NCBI RefSeq assembly: GCF_006345805.1
Contig: NC_043012.1
Coordinates: 9,796,001 to 9,860,000 of the forward strand
Length of the DNA: 64,000 nt
Source of the DNA: Octopus sinensis
Taxonomy: Eukaryota
Direction: 5' to 3'
Shown here: piece by piece, positions 55,610 through 64,000 of the stretch
Numbering within the stretch: position 1 is the stretch's first letter
Layout: each line of letters opens with the position of its first letter
Program-made: the position numbers and the translations under genes
The notes under the pieces: generated by a model
Databases searched by the model: none
Seen by the model: only the letters and a program-made list of their open reading frames with translations
What the model was told of the DNA's origin: nothing

Positions 55610-56668
55610 ATGAATCCAATTGTTCTTTGCAAAATTATTGTACTCATCATTGTATTTTTATCGACCATAACTGCTGGTTTGTTACCGTTTGTTATGCTGA
55701 AATTCTTGAAACGAAAAGGAGAAGAACATTCTCCATCATTTAATAACGCAAAGATAAAAATGATTCTCAGTTGCTTGAATACGTTTAGTGGAGGTGTCTT
55801 TTTAAGTGCTTGCTTCATTCATCTGCTCCCTGAGGTGCGCAAACACATGCAGAAAATACTGCTGACGTTGAATATCAAAACGAATTTTCCAGCAACGGAA
55901 TTTATAACTATATTTGGCTTTTTCATTATTATAATGATGGAACAATACGTTTCACTTTGCTTTAGAAAGAATGATAAACACTCAAAAAACAATCAGGATC
56001 TCGATGAAAGCGAAACTGGATCTGGAAGCAGAACAAACGGAAAAAAAACAGCCTTATACCTACCCGTAGAAGAATCGGATGACACGAATCGACTTGTTTC
56101 TCGTCGACTTTCCGTTTCTAGTGTTCATTCTGTAGAATCCATGAGAAGTGAAATTCTCAAGCGGGTAGATGTGGACACGCACAATCATGTGCATTTCTCA
56201 AACGAAGAGAAAGAATCTAGTTTACGTTCAGTACTGTTGTTACTGGCCTTGTCACTTCATACAATTTTTGACGGATTAACCGTCGGTTTGGAAAAGACAG
56301 TCAATAACGTCTGGTCGATGTTTACTGCAGTAATTATTCATAAAATATTAATTGGTTTCACACTTGGTCTCCAAATGTTTGAAAATGCTCAGTGGTCAGT
56401 GAGACGGACGATTTTTCTAATGTTTATTTTCTCTGTGATTTCCCCCATAGGTATTGTGATAGGTATTTTAATAGAAGACCTAAATGTTCAGAGCGTTTCT
56501 GAACACTTTGTGTCCGCACTCCTTAAAGCGTTGGCAACAGGTACGTTCATGTACGTAACATTTTTTGAGATTCTGGGACGAGAGATTTCTCATGATGCAA
56601 CACCATTACAAATATTATTTGCTATCATCGGTTTTGGTATGATGACAGAACTTGCATTTTTTGATTAA
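55610..56668 (+). CDS. ZIP (SLC39A, ZIP1/2/3-like subfamily II) zinc/divalent metal transporter, 352 aa, intronless CDS
   Basis: About 8 hydrophobic segments; LNTFSGGVFLSACFIHLLPE; FPATEF; His-containing loop THNHVHF; TM4 LALSLHTIFDGLTVG; TM5 VIIHKILIGF; SPIGI; LATGTFMYVTFFEIL. Confidence 0.95.
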   Translation: MNPIVLCKIIVLIIVFLSTITAGLLPFVMLKFLKRKGEEHSPSFNNAKIKMILSCLNTFSGGVFLSACFIHLLPEVRKHMQKILLTLNIKTNFPATEFITIFGFFIIIMMEQYVSLCFRKNDKHSKNNQDLDESETGSGSRTNGKKTALYLPVEESDDTNRLVSRRLSVSSVHSVESMRSEILKRVDVDTHNHVHFSNEEKESSLRSVLLLLALSLHTIFDGLTVGLEKTVNNVWSMFTAVIIHKILIGFTLGLQMFENAQWSVRRTIFLMFIFSVISPIGIVIGILIEDLNVQSVSEHFVSALLKALATGTFMYVTFFEILGREISHDATPLQILFAIIGFGMMTELAFFD

Positions 56669-56704
56669 GTTCAAGCAATCAAGGACATGGTGACGTAATA
56701 TGAA

Positions 56705-57072
56705 ACAAAAGCACTCAAAGAACGCAAACCTTCGTCAAAGCAACACCAACGTCCTCTCAACGATTAACTGGAGATGACATTTAAAATGAAAATATCTGAA
56801 ATAACATCGAATGCTCTCACAAACGAGAATACTAAAAATGAATCCGACTGCTCTCAAATATTAAGTGAAAGGACAGGAAAAATAATCCAGAATCCCTGTC
56901 CGGTACGGATCGATCCCAACATCTAATCGCTTGGTGCCAGTCACGAGGCCAAACATCCCTGAAAGTTTTATCCGAATCCATCCAGCAGTTCCTGAGATAT
57001 CTTGTCCACGGACAGACAAACAAACAAACACGACAGAAACAATGCCTCCGCCGTAAATAAGGGGGAGGTAAT
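56705..57072 (-). mobile_element. Helentron/DINE-like non-autonomous element just downstream of the ZIP stop
   Basis: ttacctcc..ggaggcattgtttc..(gttt)n..gtccgt start and gtttgcgttctttgagtgcttt end; homologous to 50231-50560. Confidence 0.6.
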
Positions 57073-57401
57073 AACTACTTTTCCACTGATGGATTAGTTT
57101 ATTTTTAGAATCGGACAAAATACTTGCAAGATTTATTTCGGTTTCTTACGTTACATTTTCATATACTGAGAACGTCAAATTCACGTTTCGTCATTCCGGG
57201 ATTCATAAACTGTTGTCAAGTATTTTCACTGGATTAATGCATCATACACCAGTCTTCCAATTCCAATGTCTGTAGATGTGTAAAAAGCAATTATTTAATA
57301 ATTATTATTCAACGGTCTTAGTTTTGAGCGCTTTCACAAATGAACATAACTCTGTCTTTGGTACAACATTCATATACATATTTACACACATAGACACGCG
57401 C

Positions 57402-57446
<45 letters not shown>

Positions 57447-57764
57447 TATGTGTGCAAGATATAATAATCAGATTAAAGTATCAAGCAGAACCCACTGTAA
57501 GCATTCTAATCGAGGACTAGGCTGCCAGGTGCCAAATATAATGAATTCCAAAGTAAGATAAGTAGGAGAAAATCATGTGTATATACGTATAATAATATTT
57601 CCATTGTGAAGCATATTATAAGCAAATTAAAGGAATCGTGTATAAAGCGTTTTAATATGAACTTATCTATCTGTGTGAAATTCTCTGGACTACAATTAGT
57701 TCATGAATTTGCTGCAAATTCATAATGCTGACGTAAATTGGGTCAAAGCCACGTCTAATGTAAT

Positions 57765-57773
57765 ATTATTATT

Positions 57774-57840
<67 letters not shown>

Positions 57841-57928
57841 TATTATTATTATTATTATTATTATTATCATTGTTATTATTGTTGTTGTTGTTATTATTAT
57901 TATTATTATTATTATGTTGTTGTTGTTG

Positions 57929-57963
<35 letters not shown>

Positions 57964-57997
57964 GTTGTTGTTGTTATTATTATTATTGTTGTTGTTG

Positions 57998-58032
<35 letters not shown>

Positions 58033-58066
58033 GTTGTTGTTGTTATTATTATTATTGTTGTTGTTG

Positions 58067-58113
<47 letters not shown>
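57765..58113. repeat. (TTA/TTG)n microsatellite
   Basis: Direct read; one of many such tracts. Confidence 0.95.
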
Positions 58114-58663
58114 GAGTGAGAGAGTAGGGCATGCCATCAAAGTGACACTGGTGTAAAATATACGAAGCCCAGTATACTCATCATGACTACCCGTCTGATA
58201 AGGGTACACTAGGCACATGCATCACAACCATATGTGCGCGACATGGTTATCTCATATCAAGATAAACAGCACATGACCTTGCAGGTGGGGCCCAGTTAGA
58301 ATTTTCTTCTGGTCGAGTAACCTATCCCGCTCAAAAGGTCCTTGAATAAGGGTTGTTTAAAGATGGTGAATGAAACACCCATGTTTCCAGAATTATTCAA
58401 ACCCAAAAGAATTCCTCTCAACACACAACTATGATGCTCCCCCACTACTTCTGCTCGTGATCAGAGATGCACATATCGTCAGCCACTAAGGGACATGCTC
58501 AACTGGTTAAGGTCAAACAACTGACAAGCAAATCTGTGGTATTGAGCAGAATATTTGCTGTAGCCCATCTTTTATACCAAGACACAACAATATACATGAT
58601 AACACTTCCAATCAGTTAAGATCAGAAGCTATTAGAGCCACTGCTGGTACTGCATCAGGGCAT
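58114..58663. mobile_element. ~550-bp non-coding element inserted in (TAA)n (longest copy)
   Basis: Homologous pieces at 21946-22313, 22473-22801, 24704-24840, 37690-37845 and 37928-38075. Confidence 0.75.
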
Positions 58664-59021
58664 TTATTATAATTATATTATTATTATAATTATATTATTA
58701 TTATTTTATTATTATTATTATTATTATTATTATATTATTATTATTATTATTTTATTATTATTATTATTATATTATTATTATTATATTATTATTGATAGTA
58801 GTAGTAGTAGTATTATTATAGCACGCGGAGCAAAATACTTTGTGGCATTTCTTCTCAGTTCTGAGTTCAAATTCCTCCTTTCGTGGTCGATAAATTAAGA
58901 TCAAGTGAAATGTTGGGGTCCATGTAATCGATTACTTCTCTCCTTCAAACTTTCAGGCCCCTTGTATCTTTAGCAGAAATGATTATTAATATTGTTGTTG
59001 TTGCTGTTGTTGTCGTTGTTG

Positions 59022-59077
<56 letters not shown>

Positions 59078-59350
59078 GTTATTATTATTATAATTATTGT
59101 TGTTGTTGTTGTTGTTGTTGTACAGGCGCCGAGCTGGAAAAATCCTTAGCACTCCCGGAAAAATGCTTAGCAGCATTTCGTCCGTATTTACGTTTTGACT
59201 TCAAATGCCGCTCAGTTGAGTTCGCCTTCATCCTTTTGGAGTCCGTGAAAGAGTCCGTATGTATTTCTGTGTGTCTGCGTGTGTATGTGTGTGTGTGTGT
59301 ATGTACACACACACACACACACACACGCGCGCGCATATACACACACATAT

Positions 59351-59490
59351 GTGTTCCTTTCTGTGGAAGAGCGTAGGCTCGAAACATTAAAGACCTTTTC
59401 AATTCCCGAGCGTTATACTAATACATCTGTTTGTTTTCTATACCACCTGTCTTCGTCTTTTGTTTTTTTCGTGAATTCTCCCCCTATATA
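59351..59490 (+). repeat. Short repeat family with a hammerhead-like CUGUNGAA-GAGC-GUAG-GCUC-GAAAC motif
   Basis: Homologous copies at 49260-49462 (+) and about 8790-8960 (-). Confidence 0.6.
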
Positions 59491-61042
59491 AAATCACACA
59501 CTATATCTGTCTCTTACCCCACACATTTCTCTATACTCTCAGAATCTAATATAACACCTGATCCGACATAACTCTGGAACTTCCCGTCCCCCATTCTGTT
59601 TGTCGTATTCTAACAATTCTACGCTCCCGATTTTTCCATTCCTTTGCACTTTACCCAACTGAAATTTCTCAATCCATTTGTTTCATCTGCAGAGGTGGAC
59701 TTCCCTAAGTTGAAACTAGACATGTTTTATGTCAAACTCCTAGGTCCCAAACCGTCATCGAACATTCCTCTACCTTTCTTGCAAAGCATATTGAAGAAAC
59801 GATAGTTGAGCAACATAAATAGCCAAGGTTTCAGAGTGAGAGAAAACGCTATGTTGTATCATTCATCCTACTGTGATGTTTAGCGGCAACGGTTGTGAAT
59901 TAAATTCATCTGTTACGACTAGTCGCGGATGGATATTAAATATTATCTAAAAATATATTAAACATAATTAACAGATACTAATAAATACCTATATTGTTGA
60001 TATGGAAATGTTTGTGAAGTCCTATTATCATATTATTGTCAAAGATAATCTTATTTTAGATACATTTTTTATCGGGAAACCATGTGATTCTCGACGTACC
60101 ATGTGACCTCATTACTAAAGTATGATAGATGCAAGGTCGGCTAGTATAATTCCATGTGATATTGTAATCAAATAAATGATTACAATGAACCTAGGTTGAT
60201 GTTTAGCTTATATTTTGCTGAACATTTTAAAATACATATTTACTCGTTTATAGGATATCTCACCAAGATAACGTAGTAGTATTCTGCAGAATTTTATATA
60301 GGACGAATGTATTTGCAGAAACAGAGTGATACGACTGCACTGTATTAAGAAATCGTGACCCAATAAGTAAAACTTACTCACATCACCCGAATGAGATAGG
60401 TATGTAGACAAACACTCGTCTAATTTTACACGTCATATAAAAATAAACCAATCACCTGAGGGAGCGTTATGTGACCTCATTAACTACTTTTTGGTAAAAA
60501 TGTAAACATCTATACTTGAAAGAATCCACTAACACTTTTTGATATTCACCACTCCTTTCACTAACACGTCTATTAAAAAACAAACACACGAAATTTCTAT
60601 TTCTCTCTGAGACTTTTTCCAATATAAGTGATTAGGAATTGCGTATTAAAGACCCATTGCAGCGTATAATACGCAAACGTTCTTAATTTGCCACCAGGTT
60701 TCAAATTCCTGTCGGAGTTGTTTTGTGAATCAACATTTGTTTAAAGAGAAAATAATAAAGAATATATATTTTCTTAACTAACGGCGTTGTTTAATGCTCG
60801 GGTCACTGGTTTCAGTCATTCCCGCATCTGTGAGTGTTTATGGGTATGCAGGTACTAATATATGCGTTTATTGTATTCGAACTATTTGTGTTTACCTTCA
60901 GTGGTGGACATCCGTCCGCTAGAGAGAGTGTAATACTTCATTCCAGCACACAATATATAGAAAAATAGGTGACAAACATCCAGTGATCTTGCAACAAGCA
61001 AAATAGCTAGTTACAAAATTTCTATAAGACATGTAAGTCTCG

Positions 61043-61101
61043 GACGTGTGTCCACCGCTGAGGAGAGCACGAATAGCTCGAAACCTGACGGTCTGGTCGT
61101 C
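61043..61101 (+). ncRNA. Type I hammerhead ribozyme (solo)
   Basis: ACCG-CUGAGGA-GAGC-acgaaua-GCUC-GAAACC-ugac-GGUC-UGGU with possible GACG/CGUC extension; predicted cleavage after C61093. Confidence 0.85.
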
Positions 61102-61129
61102 GTCGTTGAGATGTTAGGGTTCGCTCCTA

Positions 61130-61661
61130 TATGTATGTATCTATGTATGTATGTATGTATGTATGTATGTATGTATGTATGTATGTATGTATGTATCTAT
61201 GTATTTATGTATGTGTGTGTATGTATGTATGTATTTATGTATGTATACATGTATGTATGTATGTATGTATTTATGTATGTATGTATGTATTTATGTATGT
61301 ATGTATGTATTTATGTATGTATATATTTATGTATCTATTTATGTATGTATGTATTTATGTATGTATGTATGTATGTATGTATGTATGTATGTATGTACGT
61401 ATGTATGTATATATTTATGTATCTATTTATGTATGTATGTATGTATGTATGTAGTATTTATGTATGTATTTATGTATGTATGTATGTATGTATTTATGTA
61501 TGTATGTATGTATTTATGTATGTATGTATGTGTGTATGTATGTATGTATGTATGTATGCATGTATGTATGTCTGTATTTATGTATTTATGTATGTATTTA
61601 TGTATGTATGTATGTGTGTGTGTGTGTATGTATGTATGTATATTCTATCTATCTATTTATC

Positions 61662-61710
<49 letters not shown>
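61130..61710. repeat. (ATGT)n then (TA)n microsatellite
   Basis: Direct read. Confidence 0.95.
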
Positions 61711-61713
<3 letters not shown>

Positions 61714-61878
61714 AGATTTAATTTAAAAACATATTTTTTTACTTTTCATTTGTCTTGCTCACTTACATTTCTGGTGTTTGCTAAATTTTCTAGAGAACAA
61801 TTCTTAGTGGTAAGATCATAGCGGATCTATTTCTAGCATTAAGGTGTCCACATATTGGTATTCCCTCTTATATGTATG

Positions 61879-61979
<101 letters not shown>

Positions 61980-61989
61980 CTATATACAT

Positions 61990-62340
61990 TCTTTTATTCT
62001 TTTATGTTTCAGCCTTGAGGATGCGGCCATGCTGGGGCATCGCACGTGTAATCACCTTTTAATTGGCCAATTTTTTTGTTTTTACTTTTGATGAAGTGGG
62101 GAGTTCGAAACTGCTGCCCTCTCTTGAGTTTCTTGCCTTGATATTGGTTCATCTGGGATCTTGGATAGCAAGTAGTCAAGTTCTTCCCTTGAAAACAACT
62201 ACACTTACTCCATGGAAAATCCTCAGATGTTCTGGCAAGGAGTTAAATATCTGTGGGTTAGCGAATCCCAAGCTATTGCAGAACATGAAGCTCGCCTTAG
62301 ATGAGACACCTGAGACTTTTGGAACGGCAGTGACGTCCAT
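61990..62340 (-). mobile_element. CR1/Jockey-like LINE 3' end
   Basis: NSLGFANPQIFNSLPEHLR..; tail ccccagcatggccgca..ctgaaac. Confidence 0.6.
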
Positions 62341-62381
62341 TACGTATATATGTAAATTTTTTCTATGCCCTTAATTATAAT

Positions 62382-62421
<40 letters not shown>

Positions 62422-62433
62422 CGTGTGTGTGTG

Positions 62434-62743
62434 TGGAGGCGCAATGGCCCAGTAGTTAGGACAGCGGACTCGCAGATGTAGGATCGCGGTTTCGATTCCC
62501 AGACTGGGCGTTGTGAGTGTTTATTGAGTGAAAACACCTAAAGATCCATGAGGCACCGGCAGTGTGTGGTGGTGATCTCTGCTGTACTCTTTCGCCACAA
62601 CTTTCTGTCACTCTTTTTTCTGTTGGCCTGCTCGCTTAGCCAGCGGGGTGGCGTCGTCTGAAGGTTAAAACAATGCGAAGCACATTGTGACCAGCGATAT
62701 GTAGCAACATCTGATAGCCTGGTCGGTCACGGTGATCACGGTG
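62434..62743 (+). mobile_element. tRNA-derived SINE
   Basis: Homologous to 10036-10338. Confidence 0.8.
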
Positions 62744-62756
62744 ATATATATATATC

Positions 62757-62905
62757 GAGACAATGGAATTTACCATGCTACGCCAGACTTCACGGTCCAT
62801 CATGGCATTACGGAGGTCCTGTTGCTGGATGCCTGTATCCCTGGAGATTACATCAGGGTAGGAGAGTGTGCGCCCTCTGGTATTGCGAGTAGATGGCTTC
62901 AAGAA
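62757..62905 (-). mobile_element. RTE-like LINE 3' end
   Basis: KPSTRNTRGRTLSYPDVISRDTG..DLRNAMMDREVWRSMV. Confidence 0.6.
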
Positions 62906-63399
62906 ATCTCCTTGCATCTTACGTGATACAAATAAATACCATATCAATGCTAAGAAAATATTTAATCTCATTCTGTGACAAAGTCTTTCTTTATTAATTC
63001 TGAACATAAAGGTCCTTGATACAGTCTGAGATGGGACCTCCCTTCGTGGTTGGAAATTTTTCCTGAGCAACATATGTTTGTTTCATTATTTCCAGGCATA
63101 AACTTCCTCTGTGTAAAACACATTCCAATACTTGTGAATGTGTCCGGCAATGGTGGAAAACTGGGTAATGGGAAAGTATATGCAATATGGGTGTATCGGC
63201 AACTGACTCTCAATTTGAAAGATATCAGCATGGAAGTCTGTTAGGAGATTTTGAAGTGCAATGGAATCCTGTTTTTTTTCTACCTTCGATCTAGTGATAG
63301 AGTTGTAAACGGGACTGTGTGCTTGTGATGAAGATTTAATGTATGAAATAACATCACACAACTTTTCCAAGGCCGAAAAGTTCAAGAGACAGCAATCAG

Positions 63400-63850
63400 T
63401 ACAAAAATGCATAGTAGCTGTCTTTGGGGTTGATAATGGTGTCCGTGGCTGTACCGAGAAACTAAAAAAGCTTACAGAAGCCATTCAGAAGGAGAGACCG
63501 AACAAAACTCTGAAAGCAATACACGTTCACCATGAAAATGTTCGATTGCGGACGCTTGGCATCAAATCAAGAGATTGGCAAACGGGGCAAGTTAGTGCCC
63601 CCTCCCATTTCCCTTCGCACCCATCATACTTTACAGCCTCGTCCCGTTTGACATCCACTAGTTCGCAGCAGTAACAAAAATCATCGGGAACAATAATTTC
63701 ATGACAATGGATGTGAAAATGGTTGAGACGTTGGTACGATAATACAAATCTAATCTATGAAGATTCAGGTGTTGGGTCCAACGATCGGATAAATGCAACA
63801 TCTATGATAGAGATTATATTGAACAGCAGTATTATATACAGGACGGTTGC
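63400..63850 (+). mobile_element. Degraded mariner-like relic
   Basis: LKKLTEAIQKERP..HHENVR..HPSY. Confidence 0.5.
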
Positions 63851-64000
63851 TGTGCCGACACGTGCAATTTATAACTGAGTTAGTTAATGATTTATGCTCA
63901 CTTTTGCATTATTTTCGCTATAGCCGTCATAATTTAAAATAATGAGAAGTTGACTATCATTGTTTTTCAAATGGTGGCTTGACTAGAAGCTCTGAGTATC

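Overview
AT-rich, microsatellite-dense eukaryotic DNA. The repeat landscape resembles an octopus/cephalopod genome (inferred from recalled repeat families, not verified). One clear host gene is present: a ZIP/SLC39-family zinc transporter with an intronless CDS (55610-56668, +), preceded by a splice acceptor, so its 5' UTR exon(s) lie upstream. The rest is mostly mobile DNA: tRNA-derived SINEs, R4/Dong-like RLE LINEs in (TAA)n tracts, Tx1/L1-, CR1- and RTE-like fragments, Helitron/Helentron elements and mariner relics. Most predicted ORFs are microsatellite translations. The most interesting signal is non-coding: several distinct families of type I hammerhead ribozymes, mostly in or next to (TA)n tracts. 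They include a tandem ~354-bp retrozyme-like dimer (9153-9868), a ~546-bp circularly permuted unit with an inverted copy (41610-42880), an intact solo hammerhead (61043-61101) and degenerate or variant copies. Several share a divergent inversion architecture suggestive of Penelope-type mobilisation. All coordinates and alignments were read by eye.
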